A stretch of 64,000 nt of DNA from Gloeobacterales cyanobacterium (GTDB taxonomy: Bacteria; Cyanobacteriota; Cyanobacteriia; Gloeobacterales; PMM-0068): the NCBI GenBank assembly GCA_038245785.1, contig JBBRSB010000023.1, forward strand, positions 1 to 64,000, read 5' to 3'. The translations under genes and the position numbers were made by a program. Below are positions 51,048-61,988 of this stretch, in pieces; positions within the stretch are counted from its first letter, which is position 1, and every line of letters starts with the position of its first letter. Below the pieces are notes generated by a model, which was not told the DNA's origin, did not search any database, and saw only the letters and a list, made by a program, of their open reading frames with translations.

Positions 51048-53258
51048 ATGGTCAAGGAAGTGAGTCAACAAACCATGAGCAATCAGCTAAGCAACAAAAT
51101 AATTGGTAAAAATCTTAATGGGCGATACCGTGTAATCTCTGCTCTGGGGACGGGTAGATTCGGCACAACCTATTTAGCCGAAGATCAGCACCGCCCGGGC
51201 CGTCCTCGCTGCGTAATCAAGCAATTACAGCTCAATAGCAACAACACTCAATTGGTGGAAGTTACCCGTCGGCTCTTCAATACAGAGGCCGAAACTTTGC
51301 AAAAAATTAGCCATCATGAACAAATTCCCGAACTATTGGCCTCTTTTGAGGAGAAAGGACAGTTTTTTCTAGTACAGGAATTTATCCCTGGTCCCTCTCT
51401 GATATCGGAAATCCTTACAGATCAGGCGTTACCTGAGCCACGGGTAAATAAACTCCTTAAAGAAATTCTCCAAGTATTGGAGTTTGTCCATGCGCAGGGC
51501 GTGGTTCACCGTAATCTCAAAGCAGACAATATCATTCATCATGAGCAGCTCGATAAGTGGGTATTGATCAACTTTGGCTCGGAAAAAGCGCTAAAGGAGA
51601 TTAGCGACCAACTGATGGGCCAAAAGAAAGATGCGGCAGAGACGTTCTCCCCGCCTGGGTATGCTCAGGAAAAATCAACTATCAGCAATGGTCCTTCAGC
51701 CAGCTCAGATATCTACGCCTTGGGGATGATTTGCCTACAAGCACTCACAGGGATAGCACCCAGTGACATTGAGCGAGATTTGAAAACGGGAGAAATTCGC
51801 TGGCCTGCCGAGATAACATCCCGAGTGAGTCCAAAACTCAGAAATATTATCTCCAAAATGGTATTTCATGACTCCAGCCAACGATACTCATCAGCAACGG
51901 AAGTATTACAAGCTCTCAATACCTCTCCAGGATTCCCTCTCCCTAAACATTTGAAGCCTGTACAGGCTGAACAAACTCCTGAGGCAGTGCCACAGGTGCT
52001 CAGACCGGAAGTGTCCAGACCTGTAACTTCTGCTTTTAATGCTTCTTCCCAGGGCAATCCATTTCCTCTTCCTCCCGATACCCCACAGATGCCAAACAGA
52101 CCAAGCATACCGAGGCCTAGAACCGTCCCTGAACGTTCGGATGCGGACTCGGTTTTCGCTCAGCCTGTAGTTGTGGAAACTCCTGCATCTCCATTACCCT
52201 TGTGGATGAGCGGTGTTGGAGTCTTTACCGCTTTTATTGCCGCTGGATTTTTTCTTTGGATCAGCGTTAAATCAGACAGCAATAATGCACTCATAACGAG
52301 TAAGCCTCCGGCTCAAGAATCAACCAAGGAATCAACCACAGCACAGGACCAATTAAATGCTGAGCAGCGAGCCCTTCTGCAAGAGGCGGATACACCAATC
52401 AAATCGCAGTCAGAGCGCAAAGCTTTCAGCCAGCAACAGCTAGCAGCCAAAACTCCTGTGCCTGCATTTAAAGAAGAGGTCCCTGTACCCGTTCCTCCAC
52501 CTCCTCAACTAAAAATCCCTGCTGTCTCAGCTCCTCCAACCCAATCAACAGCCAAAGCTTCTGCAAACCAGTCAGCAACGCTCAACAGTTCTACCCAAAA
52601 CCAGGCATCGACCAAATCAAATCTGGCGGTTCCCTCTGTAAAGAGTACGGTAGCTCCTAGTGCAAAGACTGAAGCGAGCACCACAGGCAGTACAACAAAG
52701 GCATCAGAACCTGCTCCTACGCCCTCAAACGTGGAAGATAAGGCCATCCAAGAAGCTAAACCAACAGAACCAGATAAATCTCCTGTAGCTATCCCAGGTC
52801 CAATCGTCAAGAACACTCCAGAGCTAAGCCCAATCCCTAGCAAACAAGAGGCTCCTGCAACTCCTACGCCTCTCCTTTCTGTTAATAAAACTTCAGAACC
52901 AAGTTCTTCTCCTCAGCCTGTAAATAAAAGCGGAGACCGCGATGTTGTTGCGACAGCAAGTCCGGTCAGTAGTCGCGTTGATATTTCTTTAGTCAACGCA
53001 ACGGGTACGCTTGTGTCCTATCAAGTCCTTGGAAATACAGACGAGCGTTATCTCTATGCTGATATGAGGTCCAACCTGCGTGGGTTACCCGCACCCGCTA
53101 ATGTGAGTTTTTACCGTCCTGACCGTGGGCCGATTGAAATTATTACCAAGACTATCGCACCAGGAAAAGTACAAGTAACGCTCAGACGTGGTAGCGGTCC
53201 TGACAACGACCATAGCTTTTTGACGGTTCAAGATTCTGGCAAAGTTACGTTGGACTAA
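51048..53258 (+). CDS. membrane Ser/Thr kinase-like protein (probable pseudokinase) with Pro/Ser/Thr-rich extracytoplasmic tail
   Basis: GTGRFG and CVIK present, but HRN and NFG replace HRD and DFG; one TM helix. Confidence 0.88.
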   Translation: MVKEVSQQTMSNQLSNKIIGKNLNGRYRVISALGTGRFGTTYLAEDQHRPGRPRCVIKQLQLNSNNTQLVEVTRRLFNTEAETLQKISHHEQIPELLASFEEKGQFFLVQEFIPGPSLISEILTDQALPEPRVNKLLKEILQVLEFVHAQGVVHRNLKADNIIHHEQLDKWVLINFGSEKALKEISDQLMGQKKDAAETFSPPGYAQEKSTISNGPSASSDIYALGMICLQALTGIAPSDIERDLKTGEIRWPAEITSRVSPKLRNIISKMVFHDSSQRYSSATEVLQALNTSPGFPLPKHLKPVQAEQTPEAVPQVLRPEVSRPVTSAFNASSQGNPFPLPPDTPQMPNRPSIPRPRTVPERSDADSVFAQPVVVETPASPLPLWMSGVGVFTAFIAAGFFLWISVKSDSNNALITSKPPAQESTKESTTAQDQLNAEQRALLQEADTPIKSQSERKAFSQQQLAAKTPVPAFKEEVPVPVPPPPQLKIPAVSAPPTQSTAKASANQSATLNSSTQNQASTKSNLAVPSVKSTVAPSAKTEASTTGSTTKASEPAPTPSNVEDKAIQEAKPTEPDKSPVAIPGPIVKNTPELSPIPSKQEAPATPTPLLSVNKTSEPSSSPQPVNKSGDRDVVATASPVSSRVDISLVNATGTLVSYQVLGNTDERYLYADMRSNLRGLPAPANVSFYRPDRGPIEIITKTIAPGKVQVTLRRGSGPDNDHSFLTVQDSGKVTLD

Positions 53259-53464
53259 CTTGCCCTCATTGAGCTTAAGAGTCTTTGCCCGTGGGGCTTA
53301 GTCGCGGTTTCAACCGTTAGAGTTTAGTCTTCTACTAATCGCTCCTGCAATAGTTTGCTCGAGCTAGTTCTGCCTGCGGATATAGGTTTAGTCGCCATAG
53401 TTTGGCTATATTCGGAACGAAAGCAATTAGTAAAAAAAATATTATTGGCCAATAGGGGTTAAAG

Positions 53465-53929
53465 ATGGCAACACTAAAGCGGACAGCAGAAGCAGTTTGG
53501 ACGGGAAATTTAGCCAAAGGTGCAGGCGAAATCACAACGGCAAGCAATACGCTGAGTCACACCCCTTACAGCTTTAAAACTCGGTTTGAGCAGACTCCAG
53601 GCACAAATCCCGAAGAGCTGATAGCAGCGGCCCATGCAGCCTGCTATAGCATGGCATTTGCCCATACATTGAGCGAAAAAGGCTACTCGCCAGAACAAAT
53701 TGAGACTCAAGCCATTTGCTCGTTGGAATCACAACCAGAAGGCGGTTTTAAGATTACTACCATGCAGCTAAGGACTGAGGGAACCGTTCCTGATCTAGAT
53801 GAAGCAACATTCAAGAGCATTGCAGAACAAGCGGAAGCGGCCTGTCCCGTGTCGAATGCATTGCGTGGCAGCGTCAAGATTGAGTTAGAAGCAAAGTTGC
53901 TTGTTCAGCAGAATGCAGGAGCCTCCTAA
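53465..53929 (+). CDS. osmC: OsmC family peroxiredoxin
   Basis: TNPEELIAAAHAACYSM and CPVS motifs. Confidence 0.93.
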   Translation: MATLKRTAEAVWTGNLAKGAGEITTASNTLSHTPYSFKTRFEQTPGTNPEELIAAAHAACYSMAFAHTLSEKGYSPEQIETQAICSLESQPEGGFKITTMQLRTEGTVPDLDEATFKSIAEQAEAACPVSNALRGSVKIELEAKLLVQQNAGAS

Positions 53930-54429
53930 TGAAACATTGGATCATTATTCCGAGTGTGACCTTTCTGGTATCCCTCAGTAGTTTTCTGATTGATCCTCAG
54001 GAAGATCTACGCTGGGCTAAAAGGCTTAAGCTTCCTCGATGGCTGGCAATCATTGAACCTCTGATTCCTGTAATTTGGACAATAATTTTTATCTGTGGTG
54101 CAGCATCTGCTGTTTTGGTGTGGAAGCAGGATCCAGGTAGTCTCAAAACATGGTTGATCATGGGATTCTATTTACTGGTTGAAGGGGTGACTGTTTCCTA
54201 TATTCCTCTTACCTTGAGGCTCCGTAGTCTTACGCTTGGCACCTTAATCGGTGGGCTTGGTGGGATTCTTGGTCTACTGTTGGCAGCTATAGTATTCCCT
54301 ATTTCTACACTTGCAACCCTGCTGCTCCTGCCTTATTTGCTGTGGAGTCCAATCGGAACCTATGCCACTCATGAACTGATTGATTTCAATTCAGGAGCCG
54401 CATCGGCTAAACCAAGCAGTTTGTCTTAG
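53929..54429 (+). CDS. TspO/MBR family protein
   Basis: W..RLKLPRW, IPVIW, LLLPYLLW motifs; about five TM helices. Confidence 0.85.
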   Translation: MKHWIIIPSVTFLVSLSSFLIDPQEDLRWAKRLKLPRWLAIIEPLIPVIWTIIFICGAASAVLVWKQDPGSLKTWLIMGFYLLVEGVTVSYIPLTLRLRSLTLGTLIGGLGGILGLLLAAIVFPISTLATLLLLPYLLWSPIGTYATHELIDFNSGAASAKPSSLS

Positions 54430-54484
54430 CAAATATGCTGTTTAAAGCATTACCGAGGACTATTCAAAAGAGAGGTATTGGAGG

Positions 54485-54946
54485 ATGGATAAGTTTCTTG
54501 GTAACTACTCTCCCCACATCTACGCGATTTTACGAATCGTAGCGGGATTAACGTTTGCACTGCATGGTAGCCAGAAAGTATTTGGCCTTCCGGGCGACGA
54601 ACCGCCGGTATCTATCGTTTCGTTAATGGGGTTCGGCGGACTGATTGAGCTCGTTTGCGGATTGATGATTGCGTTGGGACTGTTGGCTAGCTATGCCGCT
54701 TTTATCGCTAGCGGTCAAATGGCAGTTGCTTATTTCATGCTGCATTTTCCAAAGGGTTTTCTACCGATTGTTAATCAAGGGGATTTAGCAGTGCTCTACT
54801 GTTTCCTCTTCCTTTATGTAGCAGCACGAGGTTCAGGTCCCTGGAGTGTAGACGCACTTATCGGGAGGGTGACAGGGAGCTCATTGTCTTCTTTAGATAT
54901 GAGCGCTGATAGAAATTCTGTAACATCACAAAGCAATAAGGTTTGA
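54485..54946 (+). CDS. DoxX family membrane protein
   Basis: LRIVAG...HGSQK, ASGQMAVAYF, GSGPWSVD motifs. Confidence 0.9.
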   Translation: MDKFLGNYSPHIYAILRIVAGLTFALHGSQKVFGLPGDEPPVSIVSLMGFGGLIELVCGLMIALGLLASYAAFIASGQMAVAYFMLHFPKGFLPIVNQGDLAVLYCFLFLYVAARGSGPWSVDALIGRVTGSSLSSLDMSADRNSVTSQSNKV

Positions 54947-55000
54947 TTCTTAAAAGTGATGCGCAATCACATCCTTAGACATTCAATGGAGACATACATC

Positions 55001-55960
55001 ATGAAATATCGACAGCTTGGCAATAGTGATCTGAATGTTTCAGAAATCGGTTTAGGCTCCTGGTTGACCTACGGAGGTGGAGTTGAGCAACAACAAGCTG
55101 AAGCATGTGTTCACCAAGCCTTTGATATCGGCATTAACTTTATCGATACCGCCAATGTCTATGGACGGGGTGCAGCAGAATCTTTGTTAGGGGAAGTATT
55201 GCAGGGATTCGATCGCTCTTCCTACATTCTGGCAACCAAAGTTTACTTTCCCATGTCGTCGACCGATCAGGGATTATCGACGGTTCAAATTCGTAAACAA
55301 ATTGATGCCTCACTCCAACGTCTCCGCACTGATTATGTTGATCTCTACCAGTGCCACCGCTATGACAGCAATACTCCCCTAGAAGAGACGATGGCAGCCT
55401 TGACAGAGGTGGTGCAGCAAGGAAAAGCTCGATACATCGGCTTTAGTGAGTGGAGCCCAGCACAGATTCAAGCTGCCTTGAATCTTCCTAACGTAGAGCA
55501 GTTTGTATCCAGCCAACCACAATACTCGATGCTATGGCGCAAACCGGAAGTGGAAGTGTTTCCCTTGTGTACAGATAACGGTATTGGTCAAATTGTTTGG
55601 TCTCCTCTAGCACAAGGAGTTCTTACCGGAAAATACAAACCAGGCGAAGCTCCTCCTCAAGATTCTCGTGCAGCCAATGAAAAAATGAATGCGTTTATGC
55701 AAGATGTGCGGAGCGACCGTGTTCTAAGCGCAGTTCAAAACCTTAAGCCGATTGCCCAACGCTTAAACCTTTCGATGACGCAACTTGCTTTATCGTGGAT
55801 ATTACGAGATGAACGAGTATCGTCTGCCATTACTGGCGCAAGTCGTCCTGCTCAGGTGGTAGAGAATGCAGCTGCATCCGGTGTGCGTTTAAGCGAAGAG
55901 GTCTTGCTAGAGATCGATCAGGCACTGGCGCCTGCCTTGTCTTACGCAACAGCTAAGTGA
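55001..55960 (+). CDS. aldo/keto reductase (Kv-beta/Tas-like)
   Basis: GLGSW, DTANVY, LYQCHR, WSPLAQGVLTGKY motifs. Confidence 0.93.
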   Translation: MKYRQLGNSDLNVSEIGLGSWLTYGGGVEQQQAEACVHQAFDIGINFIDTANVYGRGAAESLLGEVLQGFDRSSYILATKVYFPMSSTDQGLSTVQIRKQIDASLQRLRTDYVDLYQCHRYDSNTPLEETMAALTEVVQQGKARYIGFSEWSPAQIQAALNLPNVEQFVSSQPQYSMLWRKPEVEVFPLCTDNGIGQIVWSPLAQGVLTGKYKPGEAPPQDSRAANEKMNAFMQDVRSDRVLSAVQNLKPIAQRLNLSMTQLALSWILRDERVSSAITGASRPAQVVENAAASGVRLSEEVLLEIDQALAPALSYATAK

Positions 55961-56044
55961 CGCATATTTATTAATCCGTCTTAGTTAATCACAGAATTAG
56001 CGTTAAAGCTCCCGCTACAGGCAAAGCCTTAGCGATTGAGCTAC

Positions 56045-57067
56045 TTACTTCTTTGTGGGAGCCTTTCCAACTTGAACGACTAACTTGCCAAAGTTTTCCC
56101 CTTGCAGTAGCCCGATGAAGGCGCGAGGTGCATTTTCCAGACCCTCTACTACGTCTTCTCTATACTTGAGTTTGCCTGCCTGTAGCCATTGACCTACATC
56201 ATCAAGAAACTCTGCCTGACGCTCCTGGTAATCGCCCACTAGAAAACCCTTGATCAGCGCGCGTTTAGCTAATAGGGGCATCAAATTAGGGCCGGGAGGC
56301 AAATCTTCGGCATTGTACTGGGAGATCAAACCTACTAAGGGAATTCTTGCTCCCAGATTGATGAGTTGCAACACTGCTTCCAGAATGGGACCTGCTGTAT
56401 GGTCGACATAAATATCGATTCCATTTGGGCAAGCAGCTTTCAAAGCTGAACTCAGCTCTTGGGTTTTGCGGTTAATACAGGCATCAAACCCTAATTCCTT
56501 CATGACGTAATCGCATTTAGCCTCACTTCCAGCTATTCCTACTGCCCGGCAACCCTTGATTTTGGCGATTTGACCGACAACCGCACCCACCGCACCGGAG
56601 GCAGCAGAAACCACAACCGTCTCGCCTGCTTTGGGTTTCCCAATATCCAGTAATGCGAAATAGGCTGTCATGCCAGGCATGCCTGTAATGCCCAACGCAT
56701 AGGAGATAGGTGATTGGTAGGGGTCAAGTTTTCTCAATGTTTCGCCTTTAGCAATCCCATAGGTCTGCCAACCGTCGTACCCCAGTACGAACTCTCCCTC
56801 TGAGAATTGGGAATGGTTTGATTTGATCACCTGACTTACCGTGCTACCCACCATGACTTTGCCTAACTCTGCTGGAGCCGCATAGGACTCACGATCGCTC
56901 ATTCGACCTCGCATATATGGGTCAAGGGACAGATAAACGGTTCGGTTGAGCACCTCTCCCTGGCTCGGTTCTGGAATAGCCGTTTCGACAAAGGCAAAAT
57001 CGCTCTCTTTGGGTTCTCCTGTCGGTCGACTTTTGAGCAGGATTTGTCGGTTCGTTGACTCAGACAT
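56045..57067 (-). CDS. NADP-dependent oxidoreductase (CurA/YncB-like MDR)
   Basis: SLDPYMRGRM, SAASGAVG, GENFGK motifs. Confidence 0.93.
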   Translation of the reverse strand: MSESTNRQILLKSRPTGEPKESDFAFVETAIPEPSQGEVLNRTVYLSLDPYMRGRMSDRESYAAPAELGKVMVGSTVSQVIKSNHSQFSEGEFVLGYDGWQTYGIAKGETLRKLDPYQSPISYALGITGMPGMTAYFALLDIGKPKAGETVVVSAASGAVGAVVGQIAKIKGCRAVGIAGSEAKCDYVMKELGFDACINRKTQELSSALKAACPNGIDIYVDHTAGPILEAVLQLINLGARIPLVGLISQYNAEDLPPGPNLMPLLAKRALIKGFLVGDYQERQAEFLDDVGQWLQAGKLKYREDVVEGLENAPRAFIGLLQGENFGKLVVQVGKAPTKK

Positions 57068-57175
57068 AGAGACTCCTAACTATAAGATTGGCGGAGATAG
57101 ATTTGTGAATATCGTAGCCCTCCGATTGAAAAAGAGAAATCGCGTGTGAACCTGAGCGAAACGATCTACTTCCCA

Positions 57176-58138
57176 TTACACTGACATCAATTGTTGAAGG
57201 CGTTGTGGTTCCTCTCCAAGCCAATTTGGATGTTGGGCAGTGCCGTCAAAAATGGATGAGGTTTTGAAAGGTTCAAACTCACCGCGTGCTCCCGCTTTTG
57301 CCGTTTTGGCCAACAACACTTGCACTTGCTCGTCCGTCATTGGTCGGAATGTCTGTACAGCTTCAATCGCCTGATTGAGAATCTCCATACGGTCTATGCC
57401 TGTAATCACAACGGAGGTAGGCAGATTCAACGCATAGTGGAGACATTCAATCGGCGTTACCGTATTGGATCGAAGAAGAATTCCATTGGCCAGGCTTTTC
57501 ATGCCCAAAACGCCGATCTTTCGTTTGACCAGCTCTGGCACCACTAGCTTTGCGAAGCTCCGGTAGTGCGCGTCCATCACATTCAGCGGCATCTGAGCTG
57601 TATCGAACTTGAAGCCGTGATTGTCTGCTACTTCCAGCATGTGCAGATGAATATATGGGTCTTTGTGACCCGTGAAGCCAATGTAGCGTAGTTTCCCCGC
57701 TTTTTGCGCATCCAACAAGGCAGCATGGGCTCCTTCCTGATCAAAGATGCGATGCGGGTCTTCAAACCGCAGAACTTCGTGATGTTGCACCAAGTCAATA
57801 TGATCGACTTGCAAGCGTTGCAAGGATTCATCTAACTGTTTGGCAGCCTCCTTTCTGGAGCGACCGTCAATTTTTGTCATTAGGAACACTTTGTCTCGAT
57901 AGCCATCGCAGAGCGCTTTGCCCATACGAATCTCGCTAACTCCACTGTTATAGTCCCAACAGTTATCCATGAAGGTGATGCCCCGATCGATCGCCGTGCG
58001 GACAATCCGAATTGCCAGTGGCTCATCCACGTGCTTCAAGCTGAGATGCCATCCCCCTAGTCCAATCGCAGAAACCCTCTCTCCCGTGCTACCGAGTTCT
58101 CGATACAGCATCTCTGAATGTGACATGTTTCCTGTCAT
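57176..58138 (-). CDS. aldo/keto reductase
   Basis: GLGGWH, DNCWDY, IGFTGHK motifs. Confidence 0.9.
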   Translation of the reverse strand: MTGNMSHSEMLYRELGSTGERVSAIGLGGWHLSLKHVDEPLAIRIVRTAIDRGITFMDNCWDYNSGVSEIRMGKALCDGYRDKVFLMTKIDGRSRKEAAKQLDESLQRLQVDHIDLVQHHEVLRFEDPHRIFDQEGAHAALLDAQKAGKLRYIGFTGHKDPYIHLHMLEVADNHGFKFDTAQMPLNVMDAHYRSFAKLVVPELVKRKIGVLGMKSLANGILLRSNTVTPIECLHYALNLPTSVVITGIDRMEILNQAIEAVQTFRPMTDEQVQVLLAKTAKAGARGEFEPFKTSSIFDGTAQHPNWLGEEPQRLQQLMSV

Positions 58139-58165
58139 CTTTTCTCCTTATAAAACAGCTCTCTT

Positions 58166-59299
58166 TTATGGTTTGAGAATGACCTTTGTCCAGCCATTCT
58201 CACGAGCATCGAAGTGTTTATAAGCATCTGGTGCTTCATGCAGCGACAGCCTATGGGATACCACAAATGATGGCTTAGCTTTCCCAACTGCAATCAAGTC
58301 CCGCAGGTAGCGATTGTAGGCTTTCACGTTTGCCTGACCTGAACCCATGCGTAACCCTTTTTGAAAGAATAGCCCAAAGTCAAAGGCAATCTGTCCCTGC
58401 TTGCTCATCTCATCAGGACCTTGCGGATCTTGGGGGACGAAGACTCCAATAACCCCGATCCCGCCCGTTGGTCGGACCGACTGCACAAGATTATTCATCG
58501 TTATGTTGGGCTGTTCGTGTCCTTGGGGATCGTGCGCTTGCCAGCCTACGCATTCACAACCTCTGTCAACTCCTTCGCCATTAGTTAGTTTCATGACTTG
58601 CTCAACGGGGTCACCTTTTGAATCATCAATTGGAATAGCACCAATTTTTTCAGCAAGCTTCAATCGGTCGGGATGGCGATCGACCACCATCACCTCTTTC
58701 GCGCCTTTCAAAATCGCAGAGTAGGCTGCCATCAGTCCAACCGGACCTGCTCCATAGACAACAACAGATTCACCTGGCAGTACACCCGCCAATTCGGTTG
58801 CGTGCCAACCCGTAGGCCATATGTCTGCCAGCATTACATAGTCATCCTCTTTCTCCTCAGCGTCAGGAGGTAACTGCAAGCAGTTAAAGTCAGCATAAGG
58901 AACACGCAGATATTCGGCTTGCCCACCGTTATAAGGCCCCATCTCCGCGTAGCCGTAGGCAGCGCCCGCAGATCCCGGATTGGTGGTCAGGCAAAAACCT
59001 GTCAAACCGCGCTCGCAGTTTTTGCAGAAGCCGCAGCCGATGTTGAAAGGTAAGCAGACACGATCGCCGCGTTTAATCCGATCAACGGCATTCCCGACTT
59101 CAATTACCTCGCCTAGGTTCTCATGGCCAAGGACCTTGCCGCATTCGACGCTCGTGCGTCCTTCATACATGTGTAGGTCAGAGCCACAGATATTTGTACT
59201 CGTAATTCTCACCAAGACATCAGTTGGTCTCTCAATTTTTGGATCTGGCACTTCCTGGATTCTGACATCATGAGCTCCGTTATAGACAAGTGCTTTCAT
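58166..59299 (-). CDS. glutathione-independent formaldehyde dehydrogenase (Zn-MDR)
   Basis: ICGSDLH, GHE, CGFCKNC...C, GAGPVG motifs. Confidence 0.92.
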   Translation of the reverse strand: MKALVYNGAHDVRIQEVPDPKIERPTDVLVRITSTNICGSDLHMYEGRTSVECGKVLGHENLGEVIEVGNAVDRIKRGDRVCLPFNIGCGFCKNCERGLTGFCLTTNPGSAGAAYGYAEMGPYNGGQAEYLRVPYADFNCLQLPPDAEEKEDDYVMLADIWPTGWHATELAGVLPGESVVVYGAGPVGLMAAYSAILKGAKEVMVVDRHPDRLKLAEKIGAIPIDDSKGDPVEQVMKLTNGEGVDRGCECVGWQAHDPQGHEQPNITMNNLVQSVRPTGGIGVIGVFVPQDPQGPDEMSKQGQIAFDFGLFFQKGLRMGSGQANVKAYNRYLRDLIAVGKAKPSFVVSHRLSLHEAPDAYKHFDARENGWTKVILKP

Positions 59300-59444
59300 T
59301 AGAATTCCCCTGTATATAGTTGTCACAAATGCGTCTGCAATAGTTCAAAATCCAAAATCATGGCTCAACACTCAACATCCTGCCCATACTGGACGAGCAG
59401 GATGCTGGTTGGATTTGCGTGCTTACGATCCGAGTCCGGATTAA

Positions 59445-61568
59445 TTAGGCGGGCACTTTCTCTGTATGTACACGACTCCAGTGACGATGTTGAGCGATTG
59501 CGTCAATAAACGATTTTGCGATCTCATTTGCATCAGCACTACGGGTAGTGACAATGCCGTGATCGTCCTGCAGAGATGAATCTAGCAGCACTACTCTTTG
59601 AATATCAGAAGCTTTTTGGATATCAGAGGCTTTGAGTAACTCAACACCTTCTCCGGTTGCCGCGATCGGCTTGCAGTGCATATAGGCTTCATTAATGAAG
59701 TGCACCGCTTCGCCATTCGCCTTTAAGGCTTCGACACTTTGTGCGCCACCCGGCACATAAACCGCATCAAACATTACAGAAGCACCCGTCAAAAAGGTTT
59801 TATCAACCTTAATTTCTTCACCGTCCGCACTTTTAATCATTCCCATGAACTTTGATATGACTTCGGCCACGGCACCAACAGACTTCAAGGCTTGCTTAAT
59901 CGTCAAAATCTGGGCTGCATCCACTCCATCTACTGCCAAAATTGCCACTTTCCGACCTTTAGCCGTTTTCGTCGTATTGCTTTGGCTTAGCGCCTCTGAG
60001 CGTTGCCCATGATTTTCCATCACAGGCTCTTTTGGTAGAGCAACTCCTATGCCCTCTGCAATCCGTCTGGCTAATTCGTGATCAACATGGTTGAAGCGAT
60101 CGACCATTCTTTCTCGTACTCCTTGATCACTGACTTTGCCGAGCTCAAAATGAGCAGCAGAAACCAGATGCTCCTTCTCGACAGTCGAAAGACTATTCCA
60201 GAACAAGGTCGCTTGACTGAAATGTTCCTGGAAGCTAGGGCTACGTTCACGGATTTTGTGCCCTTCTACACGCTCTGGATAATGTATATAGGCACCCTCT
60301 GCCTCAGAACTCACTGCTGGTAAATTCTCACCCAAAGAATTTGGCGAGTAGTTCACGCGGCTAGTCTTGATTTCCATCTGCATCCGTCCGTCTTGTAGGT
60401 TGTTGTGGAACGGACAGACTGGACGGTTGATCGGCAGGTTAGCAAAGTTGGGACTGCCTAATCTATGCTCTTGGGTGTCGTGATAAGACATAAGACGACC
60501 TTGCAATAGTGGATCATCGCTAAAGTCAATGCCTGACACGACGTTTGAAGGTTGAAATGCCACCTGCTCAGTTTCTGCAAAGAAATTGTCTGGGTTCCGA
60601 TTGAGCACCATCTTTCCGATTGGACGGACAGGAACCAATTCTTCAGGAATCAGCTTAGTAGAGTCCAAAATATCAAAATCGAATCTGTGTTCGTCTTCTT
60701 CCTCGATGATTTGCACACCGAGTTCATACTCTGGGTAATTGCCCATCTCGATGGAGTCCCACAAATCCCGTCGTTGAAAATCAGGGTCCTTGCCAGCAAG
60801 CTTCTGCGCTTCATCAAATACGTTCGAGTGAACGCCTGCGATCGGCTTCCAATGGTATTTCACAAAGCGAGATTTGCCTTCTGCATTTACCCAGCGGAAT
60901 GTATGAACTCCAAATCCTTGCATTGTGCGGAAGTTTCTAGGAACTGTGCGGTCGCTCAGAAGCCACATGATCATGTGGGTTGATTCAGGTACCAGCGAGA
61001 TGAAATCCCAAAAGCTCGGATGTGCGGTTGAGGCCTGCGGCATCTCGTGATCGGGTTCAGGCTTGATCGCATGCACAATGTCAGGAAATTTGATCGCATC
61101 CTGGATAAAGAAAACGGGAATATTATTGCCCACTAGATCGTAGTTACCTTCTTCGGTATAGAACTTCACGGAGAAGCCACGCACGTCTCTCACCGCATCG
61201 CCTGACCCCCGCGATCCACCAACCGTCGAGAAGCGAACAAAGACAGGCGTTTTCCCGGATGGATCTTGTAAGAATTTTGCTTTGGTGAACTCTACCATCG
61301 ATTCATAAGGCTGGAAATAGCCATGAGCGCCTGAACCCCGTGCGTGAACGACCCGTTCTGGAATGCGCTCTCGATCAAAGTGCGTTAGCTTCTCTTGAAA
61401 TTGGAAATCTTCGTGTAGTGAAGGTCCGCGTGTTCCTGCCTTCAGTGAATTGTCGGTATCGTTGATCTTGACGCCTTGGTTAGTCGTAAGTTGATCACCT
61501 GCGCCTTCACGATAAGATTCTAACTTTTCATTTTTAGTGTTTTCGCCAACGCGATCTTGCTCAGTCAT
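59445..61568 (-). CDS. katE: large-subunit catalase HPII
   Basis: FDRERIPERVVHARG, RLMSYHDTQ; C-terminal DJ-1-like domain. Confidence 0.97.
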   Translation of the reverse strand: MTEQDRVGENTKNEKLESYREGAGDQLTTNQGVKINDTDNSLKAGTRGPSLHEDFQFQEKLTHFDRERIPERVVHARGSGAHGYFQPYESMVEFTKAKFLQDPSGKTPVFVRFSTVGGSRGSGDAVRDVRGFSVKFYTEEGNYDLVGNNIPVFFIQDAIKFPDIVHAIKPEPDHEMPQASTAHPSFWDFISLVPESTHMIMWLLSDRTVPRNFRTMQGFGVHTFRWVNAEGKSRFVKYHWKPIAGVHSNVFDEAQKLAGKDPDFQRRDLWDSIEMGNYPEYELGVQIIEEEDEHRFDFDILDSTKLIPEELVPVRPIGKMVLNRNPDNFFAETEQVAFQPSNVVSGIDFSDDPLLQGRLMSYHDTQEHRLGSPNFANLPINRPVCPFHNNLQDGRMQMEIKTSRVNYSPNSLGENLPAVSSEAEGAYIHYPERVEGHKIRERSPSFQEHFSQATLFWNSLSTVEKEHLVSAAHFELGKVSDQGVRERMVDRFNHVDHELARRIAEGIGVALPKEPVMENHGQRSEALSQSNTTKTAKGRKVAILAVDGVDAAQILTIKQALKSVGAVAEVISKFMGMIKSADGEEIKVDKTFLTGASVMFDAVYVPGGAQSVEALKANGEAVHFINEAYMHCKPIAATGEGVELLKASDIQKASDIQRVVLLDSSLQDDHGIVTTRSADANEIAKSFIDAIAQHRHWSRVHTEKVPA

Positions 61569-61988
61569 GAGATGTTACCGCCTATTTAATCGAAATACTT
61601 TGCCTTAGGACGAACGAGTCGTCTTACCCGCTTGCTTATTGCCCATTCAACTGAATGACACTCCTTAGTCTAGGGGAGGGATTTTCAGGTGTCCTATGTC
61701 TTCTGACAGATTTGTTTTTGTATGACGCAGGCCATTTAATCCAATGGTTGATTTATAGCTCGAAGCATATTCAAAGGGACGAGCGACCTTCGTAGATACA
61801 GCAATTTAGTTAACTTCTATGTCAATTTGGTGTATGGATTAATCGTTTATGATTCTGAACTTAAGAGGCCTTATCCGGCTCTTTATGACGCTTTGCCTTC
61901 TGCGATTATGGATAATAAGTCACAGTAATATTCCTGACTCAAGGAATAGTAGGGGGTTAGGCTCCAGATTCTGCTTTTGGAAAGATTT

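Noticed and set aside
59598..59635. 18-nt tandem duplication (KASDIQ twice) in katE
   Set aside because: In-frame micro-duplication in the C-terminal domain; probably neutral.
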